From Bdellovibrionota bacterium (lineage in GTDB: Bacteria; Bdellovibrionota; Bdellovibrionia; Bdellovibrionales; JAEYZS01), in NCBI GenBank assembly GCA_040386775.1, contig JAZKEU010000007.1, forward strand, positions 19,459-83,458: a stretch of 64,000 bases of DNA. The letters run 5' to 3'. The notes under the pieces were generated by a model, which was given only the letters and a program-made list of their open reading frames with translations, was not told where the DNA came from and searched no databases. The position numbers and the translations under genes are program-made. Each line of letters begins with the position of its first letter. The stretch's first letter is position 1. This document shows, piece by piece, positions 6,925 to 16,755 of the stretch.

Positions 6925-9657
6925 TTGGTGCTAAATCTTATTTTTGTAAAAAATCCTGAAGAGAAGAGACAATTGTTTTTGAAGTCAGATTTGACTCAAA
7001 AAACTTGGGTGGTATCGGATTTAACATCTAAAATTGCCTTTCAAAAAGAACTTTTTAAAACGCAAAAATTAATTCCAGATGAATCCCTATTGAGAGCGCA
7101 AGAATTGTGGATCAAGCTCACCAAAAGACTTCGTGGGGATTTAAGATTTATTTCTTCAGAAACGGCGCAGATGTTTACACAGCAGCTGTTATCCAATGCT
7201 GAAGAGGAATGGCAGAAGCGTCCTGGGGTCTCAAAACTTTTGCATTCCTACATGCAGATTTTGATGCCGCTCCTGAGTCATGAGCAAAATTTTGAAGCCA
7301 TGAAGGAATTTTTTAAGAATAGTGTCGAGAGTTTTCAGAAGTGGGGACATTGGTACTTGCTCTCACGTGAGATTTATAATTCTTTCTTAGATCAAAAGAT
7401 GATTTTGTCCACTTGGGCGTCATCGATTCTAGTGAATGAAACAGACTTTCAAGATGTATGGAATAGAAAACTTATTTTTGATTTGGGAGCGCAACTTCAA
7501 CCAATAGAAAGTGAACTTATACAGCATCTTTCTAAATTCTTAGATGTGGACGTCATCGTTCCGCATCCATCTTGGAAATCAGAATATTCAAAGGCCCTTA
7601 AAAGTTATGATTTGTTAATTTCTGGTAAGCCTCCGGTGACCGAAAAAATCGAGCATGGTCTATCTAGAAATTTTATGAAGTTTACAACTCAACTTGCAGA
7701 AGTGCAGAATTTGAGCTCTGAGTTGAGGAAGCAAATTTCCGCTGGAATTAAGCCGACGGAGATCGCTATCGTAGCTCCAGACATTGGAGTTTATTGGCCG
7801 GTGCTCTATGAATATCTCAAGATCGAAGGGATTCCGTACCAAAGAAAAATTCAAACTCCGTTAAAAACTTATCCAGAAATCATGTATTGGATTTCCAAAC
7901 TCAAAATTGAAGCTGGCGAGATTGAATATGCAGATCTAGAGATCAACACTTATTCAGAAGCTGAGACTCTGCCGTTGAAGTATGATGAATTCCAATCTCT
8001 CTACACTAATCTCTATGAAATTTCTGATCTCAAAAGAAATAGAAACATTGAAAAATTATTTTCTTTAAAAAACCAATCCAAATTCATGACGGTGAAAGAA
8101 TTTATCACTTGGGGCTTAACTCTCTGGAAAGAATCTTGGTCCCAAGAAAGAGTAAATATTCTGATCGAAAAGCTTTTAGCAGAAATTCCGATGCATTTGA
8201 AGTTTGATTCCAAACAATGGGTAAGACTTGTTGATAGTTTCGCTTCGAGACTTGAGATCACGACGGACGAAGGTTTCCCTGAAGGCGTGCATTGTGTAGA
8301 TTTAGTTTCTCTGAAAGATTTGGATCTCAAGCACGCCCACCTTATGGGATTGACGGATCAAGCACTGAGATCTATGACGACCACTTTGATTTCGGAATTT
8401 GATATTCAAAAGCTCAAGCAAGATTTTGGTTTTATGGTGGCAGAGCCCGAAAGAACAGAACTAGAATTTGAAGTGAAGTGGAACCTCGATAGCACAAAGA
8501 TTAATTTTTCCATGTCTTATCCTCAGACGGATTTTGATGGAAACCAGATGTCGCCTTCCATCGTTTGGTTGACGGGCGCAATCACGCAGCACGGAGATAA
8601 AATTCCATTAAAGATTCCGGAAACATCAAGGCTTTTACAGATTCAGCAATCCGATTACCAAACGATTTCAACTCTTCAAGGTTGGGTTGATGGCGATAAG
8701 AAGCTTGAAAGACTTAGGCAGGATCAGGGCGAAGACATTCAAGCTTGGAAACTACAAAATCATCTCGAAAAAGTTTCCGCTTCGCAAATTGAAGACTATT
8801 TGAAATGTCCATTCATCAATGCTTCCAAAAAAATCCTAAGTTTAAATGATCTACCAGATTTGGATCTAGATATTGATTACCAGACTCGAGGAAGACTTCT
8901 GCACGGAGTTGCAGAGCTGATCTATAAAAATCATTCTGACCTCAATGTCGATAATTCTACGGTTGCCCAATATTTTGATCAAGTTCGCCTGGAAATAGGA
9001 ACGCCGATCTTTGATGAGAATGTTTGGGCCGGACAAAAAAAGAAATACATGAAGATGATCGATAATTTTTTGGTGTTTGAGCGGGAATGGAAAAATAAAT
9101 TTCCCGAGATCAAAGAACAGTACCAAGAAAAGGATTTTGAAATTCATATTGATATAGCTACAGGGAATATTTCTAAAGAGGCCACAGCGGATTCCGTTCT
9201 TTTGAGAGGAAGAATTGATCGTATTGACATTGATCAAAGAGAGCAGATCTGCGTGGTCATTGACTATAAATTTGATTCTAGTGGCAAGAGCAACCATAAC
9301 CGATGGATCGACGAGAATGAACTGCAATTGGTTCTCTATGCCATGGCCATCGAAAAAGGTGCACTCAACAAGAAATTGGATGTGATCGGTGCGGTTTACT
9401 ATGGATTTAAAAAGATCGATCGTGAAAAAGGATTTTTAATCTTAGAGGCCGATGGATTTATGTTCACAGTGAACTCCAGAAAAGCCCACAAGATCAGTCA
9501 CGATAAAAAATTGGAACTTTACGGTAAGGCTCAAGAAATTATAAAAAACACTTTGGGTGGCATGAAAGCCGGAGAATACAACCCAAACCCAAGTGATGTG
9601 AGTCTATGTAAAACCTGTAACTGGAGAAATTTGTGTCGAGCCCCACATCTGAATTAA
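6925..9657 (+). CDS. addB: AddB/RexB-like PD-(D/E)XK nuclease subunit of helicase-nuclease complex (start uncertain)
   Basis: About 910 aa. C-terminal nuclease motif VVIDYKF plus a four-Cys pattern (CPFINA ... LCKTCNWRNLC) typical of the AddB Fe-S nuclease domain. Overlaps the downstream UvrD-like gene. The track start (TTG 6880) lies inside the terminator palindrome. Candidate starts: TTG 6925, GTG 6928, TTG 6973. Confidence 0.75.
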   Translation: MVLNLIFVKNPEEKRQLFLKSDLTQKTWVVSDLTSKIAFQKELFKTQKLIPDESLLRAQELWIKLTKRLRGDLRFISSETAQMFTQQLLSNAEEEWQKRPGVSKLLHSYMQILMPLLSHEQNFEAMKEFFKNSVESFQKWGHWYLLSREIYNSFLDQKMILSTWASSILVNETDFQDVWNRKLIFDLGAQLQPIESELIQHLSKFLDVDVIVPHPSWKSEYSKALKSYDLLISGKPPVTEKIEHGLSRNFMKFTTQLAEVQNLSSELRKQISAGIKPTEIAIVAPDIGVYWPVLYEYLKIEGIPYQRKIQTPLKTYPEIMYWISKLKIEAGEIEYADLEINTYSEAETLPLKYDEFQSLYTNLYEISDLKRNRNIEKLFSLKNQSKFMTVKEFITWGLTLWKESWSQERVNILIEKLLAEIPMHLKFDSKQWVRLVDSFASRLEITTDEGFPEGVHCVDLVSLKDLDLKHAHLMGLTDQALRSMTTTLISEFDIQKLKQDFGFMVAEPERTELEFEVKWNLDSTKINFSMSYPQTDFDGNQMSPSIVWLTGAITQHGDKIPLKIPETSRLLQIQQSDYQTISTLQGWVDGDKKLERLRQDQGEDIQAWKLQNHLEKVSASQIEDYLKCPFINASKKILSLNDLPDLDLDIDYQTRGRLLHGVAELIYKNHSDLNVDNSTVAQYFDQVRLEIGTPIFDENVWAGQKKKYMKMIDNFLVFEREWKNKFPEIKEQYQEKDFEIHIDIATGNISKEATADSVLLRGRIDRIDIDQREQICVVIDYKFDSSGKSNHNRWIDENELQLVLYAMAIEKGALNKKLDVIGAVYYGFKKIDREKGFLILEADGFMFTVNSRKAHKISHDKKLELYGKAQEIIKNTLGGMKAGEYNPNPSDVSLCKTCNWRNLCRAPHLN

Positions 9658-12614
9658 CATCATTCTTAAGTCAGACCAAAATCTTCAGGGCCGGCGCGGG
9701 CGCAGGAAAGACCACGCGCCTGGTGAAAGAGGTGCATGACTTCTATAAGGATTTTAAGGTTAAACACAATCGCAATCCTCGAGTTGTGTTGACAACATTC
9801 ACGAGGAAGGCCACGCAGGAACTTCGCGAAAGACTGATGCACGAAGCGCAGAAAAGAAAAGACTATGATTTCTTGAGCTTTGTGTTGTCTAAGAATCATC
9901 TCTTGATTTCGACAATTCATGGAACTTTACAGTTATTTTTAAAACAATACGCGCAAAAGATTGATCTCGATCCGGGATTTAGGCTTACAGATGAGAAAGA
10001 ACTTTTTAAGAGAGCAAAAATCATTCTTAAAAACCTTTTAAGTAGAAATACGACTTCGCAAGAACTTTTAGAGGAGTTCACGTTCAAGGGATTAACCTCT
10101 CTTATCATCACGCATGATAAAACCAAGAAAATTTCTCCAGGCGTGCAGTTCTTTAACAAAGAAGATTTTTTAAATTCCCAAGATCAAAAAATGAAATTTA
10201 TCGCGCAAAGCTTTTTAATGTATGCAGATAAAATTCTAAGTGCCACGGACAATCTCAAGTGGATAGAATATGGGAAGTTTTTAAAAGGTGTCGCAGATAG
10301 CTTCACCCAGGCCAAAAATCAAGTGGATATCGAAAGAGCCTTAAATCTTTACAACGAATATAAAAAACCACCTTATACCAAAAAGAACCCACCATTTTCC
10401 GAAGAGTTAAATGATTCCTTTGAAGAATTCAGAGATGAAGTCGATAAAGTGAATCCCGATCAGTTCAACCAAGAGCGCTGGGCTGAGTTCATTCGGTACT
10501 ATAAAATCTTTGATGATCTCTCCAGGGATTTTACAAGCGAATTTGATCACTGGAAGAAAAGCTCTGGCCAAATCAGCATGGCGGACTTGGAACTCTATTC
10601 CTATGAATTGATGAGAGAAAAGTCTGAAGAAATTCATTTCTTCTCAGAAAGCTTTGATTACTGGTTGATCGATGAATTTCAAGATACTTCACCGTTACAA
10701 GTTTCCTTGCTAAAGAAATTCATCAACGATCGTAAATACTTTGTTGTCGGAGATCCGCAGCAGAGTATTTACTTCTTTAGAGGCGCAAGGGTAAAAGTTT
10801 TTGAAGATATGGAAAAGCTCATTATCGGTGAGGGTGGTTTAGCTGAATCGCTGAACAAGAACTACAGATCCACTCAAAATACGATGAGCTTTATCAATCA
10901 TTTCTTCAAAAATTATTCGGATGATTTTAAATCTATGGAATTGGGTGGTCCACAATCAAAAACCAAAGATGTGGCCACGATGGCTCTAGCAAAAGATGTG
11001 GAGGCGCAAAACCTCGCGATCCTCAATCACATTCAAAAGATTCATGCCAGTGGTGATGAATTGGGCGAAATCTGTGTTCTAGGTCGCAAGAATGATCAAC
11101 TCAAAAAAATTGCCGAGATTCTCCATCAAAAAAAAATTCCGTATATTCTGCATTCAGCGAGTGGTTTTCAGGAGCGCCGAGAAATTCTTGATGCTTTAGC
11201 CATTTTAAAATTCTTAGTGAATCCTCATGATAACTTTAACTTGGTACAAATCCTTAGAAGTCCATGGTTCAAAGTTCAGGATTGTTATATTCATGAAATT
11301 GTAAAAAACAAGCCAGAGAGTTTTTGGATAGAATTTGTAAAGCATCAAGAAGGTGATTACGAAGCTATCGGAAGATTAAAAACCTACGTGACAGAGACCT
11401 TCAATCAAGGAATCACGCAGACCTTCCAAAAGATTTTGATGGATACAGGTTTCTTTGAGTTGAGTTATCAATACGATTCTTCAGGGAGAAGAGAATCAAA
11501 TCTTTGGAAGTTGTTGATACAACTTAAAACAGAAGATCACGCACCTGAATTCAATTACATCGACTTTATTGAAAATAGAAAAAGCTCTCTAGATCTAGAA
11601 GGTGGTTCGGAAGATTCCGATGCGGTCAGTAGCATTGAGCCCAATCGAGTGCAGTTGATGACGGTGCATATGTCGAAAGGTTTAGAATTCAAACACGTGA
11701 TTATTCCGTATATCGATGCTAAGCCTCAACTTACAAATTATCTCAGTTACGCCTTTGATCCCGATGCTGACAAGTACAGCCTGCACCTAAAGCTCGACGA
11801 AGAAAAAGGTCAGCAATCACTTCCCGCAGTGAGTTTCTTGGAGAAAATGAAAGAAGAGGAGCTCGCTGAATCAGATCGTCTACTTTATGTAGCGATGACC
11901 AGGGCCAAGGAAACTATTTTCATGTCGACATCTGGGGCAAGGCAAACGGGTGGGTCTTGGTTGAAAAAGATAAAATTGGATTTATCAAGTGGATTGCATG
12001 CAAAAGGTGAGTTTGCCTATAACGTAGATATTGGTGAATGGGAAAATATCAATTTTGATTCTAAGATCGTGCATGCCCAAGAAATTTATCAAAAACTCTA
12101 CGATTTAGATTTGATGGCAAAAAAAGAATCTACAAAGGTTACGGCTCAAATAGAATCTCAAGTCTCAAAGGGTAAGAATCAAAAATCATTGATCGGACTT
12201 TTGGAAAAAGCCAATTACGGAAGACTTGCCCATCAAGTTTTTGAATCCCTCAAGTACAATAAAGAAATCGCGATAGATGAGAATACAAAGAAGGCCACGG
12301 AATACATTCAGAATCTAAAAGAAATCCCGATGAAAGAGATTCTGAAGGATGGGTTTGCTGAATGGGGGTTTGTCCTAAACAGCGAAGGTCAAAGCATCTC
12401 CGGACAGATCGATCTCTGGGGACAAGTCGCCGATGAGTTATGGGTGATCGACTATAAGACGGGATCGTCATTCAATTCCGATGTAGCTTTCGAGCAACTA
12501 GCACGCTACGCCCAGGCTCTGCAAAGCTTCGTCAAAGTAGATAAAGTACCAACCAAAATCAACCTGGTCGCTCTCTATCCCTTTGAACAAAAATTCTATT
12601 TGAAAATTTTTTAG
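9633..12614 (+). CDS. addA: AddA/UvrD-family ATP-dependent helicase-nuclease subunit
   Basis: 993 aa, GTG start. Walker A AGAGAGKTT, motif II LIDEFQDTSPLQ, NYRS, and C-terminal RecB-type nuclease motif IDLWGQ..WVIDYKTG. Confidence 0.85.
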   Translation: MSSPTSELTSFLSQTKIFRAGAGAGKTTRLVKEVHDFYKDFKVKHNRNPRVVLTTFTRKATQELRERLMHEAQKRKDYDFLSFVLSKNHLLISTIHGTLQLFLKQYAQKIDLDPGFRLTDEKELFKRAKIILKNLLSRNTTSQELLEEFTFKGLTSLIITHDKTKKISPGVQFFNKEDFLNSQDQKMKFIAQSFLMYADKILSATDNLKWIEYGKFLKGVADSFTQAKNQVDIERALNLYNEYKKPPYTKKNPPFSEELNDSFEEFRDEVDKVNPDQFNQERWAEFIRYYKIFDDLSRDFTSEFDHWKKSSGQISMADLELYSYELMREKSEEIHFFSESFDYWLIDEFQDTSPLQVSLLKKFINDRKYFVVGDPQQSIYFFRGARVKVFEDMEKLIIGEGGLAESLNKNYRSTQNTMSFINHFFKNYSDDFKSMELGGPQSKTKDVATMALAKDVEAQNLAILNHIQKIHASGDELGEICVLGRKNDQLKKIAEILHQKKIPYILHSASGFQERREILDALAILKFLVNPHDNFNLVQILRSPWFKVQDCYIHEIVKNKPESFWIEFVKHQEGDYEAIGRLKTYVTETFNQGITQTFQKILMDTGFFELSYQYDSSGRRESNLWKLLIQLKTEDHAPEFNYIDFIENRKSSLDLEGGSEDSDAVSSIEPNRVQLMTVHMSKGLEFKHVIIPYIDAKPQLTNYLSYAFDPDADKYSLHLKLDEEKGQQSLPAVSFLEKMKEEELAESDRLLYVAMTRAKETIFMSTSGARQTGGSWLKKIKLDLSSGLHAKGEFAYNVDIGEWENINFDSKIVHAQEIYQKLYDLDLMAKKESTKVTAQIESQVSKGKNQKSLIGLLEKANYGRLAHQVFESLKYNKEIAIDENTKKATEYIQNLKEIPMKEILKDGFAEWGFVLNSEGQSISGQIDLWGQVADELWVIDYKTGSSFNSDVAFEQLARYAQALQSFVKVDKVPTKINLVALYPFEQKFYLKIF

Positions 12615-13522
12615 TTGTTTGCTTCGAAATTTCTCATTTCTATTTTAGATGCACTTTTCTTTTCAATTGCATTTGAAATAGCGCCAACAGTAGCTTCTTC
12701 AAGTATTACGGCTCCGGCAATACCCATGGTGATCAAACTGCCTTTTCCAGCTCTACGGTATAAACGCGCATTAGTACTTGCACGAGAACCAGGTAGCCTA
12801 AGATGAAGTTCTGAAACAATGTGGGCTAGATTCTTAGCGTAACGCTGGGGAACGAGAGAAATTTTTTGTACTTTTCCTCCGTCTTCAGAAATTTCATTTA
12901 AAAGCAAGCGTACGTCTGCCTCTCCCGCGTCGGTAATAACTTTTGTCAACCGAAGAGTAGGTGGAGCTTTTACTCCAGCTCTAATCGAATTAAGTTCTTT
13001 TTTTGCATGGAGAAACCACTCTTTATGATTTTTTATATTCATGCGATATTGATCAACATAATAAGAATTTTTATTTCCTTTTTTTAAAAGAACTTCGTTT
13101 TCATTTATCTCTTTGAGAGAAGATTTAAGGCTATCTTCGAGGGCTTTTATTGCGTATGCTCTGCTTTCTGTAACTCCAGCCTGATAATTAATTGTAACTT
13201 CATCGCCTAGCTTCACATGACTGGATAAAGCAGCTACTCTTCCTGGAGTTAAAGCTTCGAGAGTATCAATATCAAGTGATCTGCTATTATGGTTATATCT
13301 AGATAGAGCATGCCTATAGGCTGAAGAAAGCTCGCTATCATCTTCTATTTGAGAAATACGACGCTCATTGTGAGCAAATAATAACGCCAAAGAAGAAGCG
13401 CCGATAACCGCACATTTTATTTGTTTTTTATCTAGACAAACAATCTCCCCTTTGTCTTCTTGAGCAAATGAAGCGCTGGTGAAGCTAAGTAAACTCAGTA
13501 ATATTGCTAATTTTATTCTCAT
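12611..13522 (-). CDS. secreted hypothetical protein (tandem paralog A)
   Basis: 303 aa. Signal peptide ..SFTSASFA/QE. Shares its architecture (CxnC after the signal, GDEVTINYQ, C-terminal hydrophobic segment + KKSxSxIxMxxFE) with ORF 13553..14425. Confidence 0.6.
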   Translation of the reverse strand: MRIKLAILLSLLSFTSASFAQEDKGEIVCLDKKQIKCAVIGASSLALLFAHNERRISQIEDDSELSSAYRHALSRYNHNSRSLDIDTLEALTPGRVAALSSHVKLGDEVTINYQAGVTESRAYAIKALEDSLKSSLKEINENEVLLKKGNKNSYYVDQYRMNIKNHKEWFLHAKKELNSIRAGVKAPPTLRLTKVITDAGEADVRLLLNEISEDGGKVQKISLVPQRYAKNLAHIVSELHLRLPGSRASTNARLYRRAGKGSLITMGIAGAVILEEATVGAISNAIEKKSASKIEMRNFEANN

Positions 13523-13552
13523 AAATTATCCCTTCAAATATTAATATTTAAA

Positions 13553-14425
13553 TTACTTTGATCCTTCAAATTTTTTCATAGGAATTCTAGATTCACTTTT
13601 TTTGTCAATCTGATCAGCAATTAAACCATATAAACCTTCTTCTGCTGTGGCACCTAAAGCGATTATAGTTACTAGTCCAGCGCGATTTAGACTTTTAGTA
13701 AGCTGAGGACTTCTGACTAAGAATGATTTAAAGCGAAGAGCCGTGGCTTTTGGCGTTACAATTAAGGAAGAAACTTTTGAACCGGAGTTATGTTGTGCTG
13801 TCAAAAAACTTTCTATCTCTGCGCGGCTGGTGGCTTCAAAGGATTTAGTTATAAAAATTCTTTCTACTTTTCCATTTACAACATCCAATTTTGCACCTTT
13901 AAGTTGTTCTAATTTATCTTCTAATTGCGCAAGTTCAGCAGCGATTTCCTTTACGTGCGGGTGATTCCTAGTATTGTAACCTATGGTGGCAAGCTCAAGA
14001 TTCTTAGTCTGTAAATTAATTTCTGATTTTAAATGAGAAATTTCTTCAGTTAAACGATTAGAGTGAATGGCTCTGCTATCGCGTTCATTGAGTTGAACAG
14101 TGATTTCAACTGAGTCGCCGTCCCCAATATCTCTGGTTAAATCCTGTATGCGAGATCCACGTAGGGATTGAGGACGATCAGGTGTATTTAATATATGTCT
14201 GTTTCTTTCGTGTAATTCCGTCATTATCGCATTTTCTTCCATAGAACGAACGCGGTCTATAGCTCGCATATTTAAGAATGATAAAGCGGTGATGGCTCCG
14301 GCGCCGGTGGTGGTGTAACATTGAGTCTTGTTTTCATTTAAGCAGGCAATCTTAAGTTTTTCTTCAGCATGAACGGCATTGATAGTTAAAAAACTTGATG
14401 CGATTAAAATAGAATATTTAAACAT
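13553..14425 (-). CDS. secreted hypothetical protein (tandem paralog B)
   Basis: 290 aa. Signal peptide ..TINAVHA/EE. Collinear similarity to ORF 12611..13522 (IACLN..TQC, GDSVEITVQ, ..IDKKSESRIPMKKFE). Confidence 0.6.
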   Translation of the reverse strand: MFKYSILIASSFLTINAVHAEEKLKIACLNENKTQCYTTTGAGAITALSFLNMRAIDRVRSMEENAIMTELHERNRHILNTPDRPQSLRGSRIQDLTRDIGDGDSVEITVQLNERDSRAIHSNRLTEEISHLKSEINLQTKNLELATIGYNTRNHPHVKEIAAELAQLEDKLEQLKGAKLDVVNGKVERIFITKSFEATSRAEIESFLTAQHNSGSKVSSLIVTPKATALRFKSFLVRSPQLTKSLNRAGLVTIIALGATAEEGLYGLIADQIDKKSESRIPMKKFEGSK

Positions 14426-14645
14426 AAATTCTCCTTGATTTTTGTATTACACAGCTTATTAAAGCAAAGAGCTTGCCAGTCTCATTCTGAGAATTTTTTT
14501 TCTAAGCAATCATGTTGATTTAAAACGCATCAAAATGAATCTGTGGCAAAACTGGATGTCTAGGTTTTTGTCAGTTGTAAGTTATGAGTTGGCAGCTTGT
14601 TGAAATCACAAGAATTTTTCTACCTTCACCGATACAGATAATAGT

Positions 14646-15977
14646 ATGTTTTTAATATTGGTAAGTATCTTTTTAAGCATAGGCTCTTACGCAAAAGATG
14701 TGGCTTATCTTTTGGATTGTCCCATCGCAGATAGCCCTGTGCGGAAGCTAACTTCGCAAGAGTTGATATCCAATATCAACGATTATTTAGTACAAAAAGA
14801 AGTTTCGCCTTTTCCGTATGCTTGCCAAAAAAAAGGTGATTTAAAAAATATGTCGGCTACGGGAATTGGCCACAGAAACATTCCTAGCCAAGATTCCCAA
14901 GGAAATTTATCTCGAGATTTTTTTCTTATCCTTCTTACTAAAATTGAAAATTACATCAAAGACAATATCAACCTCACCTCCAATATTGAAGGCTGCTTGG
15001 GCAATTCAAAGAGCCACGCTGAGTGTAAAGAAATTTTGAATTGGGCGAAGAAAGTTGTTCCTCTCAAAGTTCAAGAAGCAAGATATCATCTGTCTTTAGG
15101 GACGGAAAGAGATGCCGCTACCGCAACACAGCTTTATTTCCCTAATACTAGGTTAGACACTTTAAGATCTTTTAAAGAAACTCCTTGGCAAAGACTTACA
15201 CCTAAGGAAATTCAATCTGCTAATGCTGCTTTAAAAGAATACATGGATAAGGGTAGGGCAATTACTCACCGGGAAATGAAAGGGGAAAATGTCGTAGAAA
15301 GAGTTGCTTTCTTGGACTCAAGAATTAGAGACATACGATTCGAACATATGACCGCATACAGGGCGTTGATAGGTGAGATGCCATTAATGAATTACATCAC
15401 ATCTGCAAACCCCAGTTTTACTGAAATTAAAAATGCGGCCCGAAAGACCCACGATAATGCGTTAAAAGAACTCGCAAAAATTCAAAAATTAAAAGCAGAG
15501 CTCAAAGCAAATCCTAGAGTTTTATATAATGATTTATTCTACGCCGTAAACTATTCCAATTTATATGAAGAAACTCTTCTAGAAAATCCAAGATTTTGTC
15601 CATTAGGCGCAGCCATATTTCGCACCAATGACAATCGTGTATTGGGAAATGCCATTGCCATTGGGGCTCCGCTGCTAGTTGCAAGTTTCTTAGCACCTCC
15701 GGCGGCCGCGGTGGTTGGGGGACTCGTAGCAGGCGCAGCTTTTGCGGCTCAGTCACAGCATCAGTACTCCCAAACAAAACAAAGAAATTTAGGCAAAGTG
15801 TTCAGTGAAAATGGTGAAGTCGAAAATGAAGAATTAAGACAAGATAAGAAATACCGAAATCTAGATCTGGTCATGTTTCCTTTATCCGGATTAGGTGCAG
15901 GTGCGATTTCTAAATATGGCCGCCCCTCAATACTTTCAAAATTTAAAAGTAAAAATTATTTTCCAAAAAATAATTAA
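14646..15977 (+). CDS. hypothetical protein with C-terminal Gly/Ala-rich hydrophobic segment
   Basis: 443 aa. N-terminal hydrophobic signal-like MFLILVSIFLSIGSYA/KD. Gly-zipper-like segment AIGAPLLVASFLAPPAAAVVGGLVAGAAFAA. Divergent from the paralog pair. No recognisable family. Confidence 0.55.
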   Translation: MFLILVSIFLSIGSYAKDVAYLLDCPIADSPVRKLTSQELISNINDYLVQKEVSPFPYACQKKGDLKNMSATGIGHRNIPSQDSQGNLSRDFFLILLTKIENYIKDNINLTSNIEGCLGNSKSHAECKEILNWAKKVVPLKVQEARYHLSLGTERDAATATQLYFPNTRLDTLRSFKETPWQRLTPKEIQSANAALKEYMDKGRAITHREMKGENVVERVAFLDSRIRDIRFEHMTAYRALIGEMPLMNYITSANPSFTEIKNAARKTHDNALKELAKIQKLKAELKANPRVLYNDLFYAVNYSNLYEETLLENPRFCPLGAAIFRTNDNRVLGNAIAIGAPLLVASFLAPPAAAVVGGLVAGAAFAAQSQHQYSQTKQRNLGKVFSENGEVENEELRQDKKYRNLDLVMFPLSGLGAGAISKYGRPSILSKFKSKNYFPKNN

Positions 15978-15989
15978 ACTCCTTAATAA

Positions 15990-16301
15990 TCAAGACGCCT
16001 TAACATCCACTATAAATTTCAATCCCGCATTATCCACAATAGCCTGCAGAGCCAGTTGTACAAATCTTTCTTGAGAATATCCTAACACCTTGGCAAATCT
16101 AGCGGCTCTCTCCGGGCTAACCGTTTTTCGTTCTTTCTCGATGTCATTAAGATGAGACTTGGATATTCCAAGTATTTTAGCAAACTCAGGTTGAGTCATT
16201 TCTTCTCCACGACGAATCGCCCATAGCAATCGACTAAAGCGAACAGGCCCACCGGTTCGATTTTCTAAAAATTTTATGGCATCGCTCTTTTTAGTACTCA
16301 T
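15990..16301 (-). CDS. XRE-family HTH antitoxin (HigA-like)
   Basis: ATG 16301 gives MSTKKSD.. and overlaps the upstream toxin stop by 11 nt. HTH segment MTQPEFAKILGISKSHLNDIEKERKTVS. Confidence 0.75.
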   Translation of the reverse strand: MSTKKSDAIKFLENRTGGPVRFSRLLWAIRRGEEMTQPEFAKILGISKSHLNDIEKERKTVSPERAARFAKVLGYSQERFVQLALQAIVDNAGLKFIVDVKAS

Positions 16302-16569
16302 GTTTATCAATCCTTTCAACCAACACGAATAAAATCCTATCGTGTATTATCCTATAATAAGCTCTATAGCCTTTATTTAATCGAATAGAGTAATAACCTT
16401 TTAACTTACCTTTTAATGGTTCATCGTGATATCCACGTATTTTTCTAACCATTTCAAGAGATTCTTTTTCAACGCTATCAATCCAGTCTTGAAGTTTATC
16501 TGCTATATAAACTGGAAGTTTTGCTAATTGTTTTTTAACAGTATTACTCAATACAACTTTTTTAATCAT
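16291..16569 (-). CDS. RelE/ParE-superfamily toxin (HigB-like, toxin-first order)
   Basis: 92 aa. ..GYHDEPLKGKLKGYYSIRLNKGYRAYYRI...VLVERIDKHEY is a typical RelE/ParE C-terminal pattern. Overlaps the HTH gene downstream. Confidence 0.75.
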   Translation of the reverse strand: MIKKVVLSNTVKKQLAKLPVYIADKLQDWIDSVEKESLEMVRKIRGYHDEPLKGKLKGYYSIRLNKGYRAYYRIIHDRILFVLVERIDKHEY

Positions 16570-16583
16570 ATACTTCTTTCTTC

Positions 16584-16612
16584 AAAAAGTACACCCAAAA
16601 GGTGTACTTTTT
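16584..16612. promoter_or_regulatory. perfect 12-bp-arm palindrome 15 nt upstream of toxin ATG (candidate TA operator or second terminator)
   Basis: AAAAAGTACACC CAAAA GGTGTACTTTTT read directly from the sequence. Confidence 0.4.
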
Positions 16613-16650
16613 AATATTCACAGAAATATATGCAAAACAAAAGAGAGACT

Positions 16651-16686
16651 AAAAACAAATATACGCGCATCTGGTGGCCAGATGCG
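16651..16686 (-). terminator. rho-independent terminator after TerC-family gene
   Basis: Stem CGCATCTGG / CCAGATGCG (16666-16674 / 16678-16686). On the minus strand it is followed by a T-rich run (TATATTTGTTTTT). Confidence 0.6.
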
Positions 16687-16755
16687 TACGTATCCTGAAT
16701 TCAATGTCGGAAATCGGTTTGGGTTTTCAGACTTAATATCAAACTTATGTCGAAT

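Noticed and set aside
8866-9327. 153-aa antisense ORF within addB. Many similar 60-126-aa antisense or out-of-frame ORFs appear in the track (e.g. 570..755, 6159..6539, 30341..30721, 58507..58866, 61010..61348).
   Set aside because: All are embedded in longer ORFs with strong family signatures on the other strand or frame. None shows signal peptides, motifs or an RBS that I could support.
9633-12614. AddAB-like pair as a novel defence nuclease system.
   Set aside because: The motif content (UvrD helicase + RecB nuclease; AddB Fe-S nuclease) and the context between housekeeping genes fit the standard recombination-repair AddAB. Nothing unusual was seen beyond the palindromic element at its 5' end.
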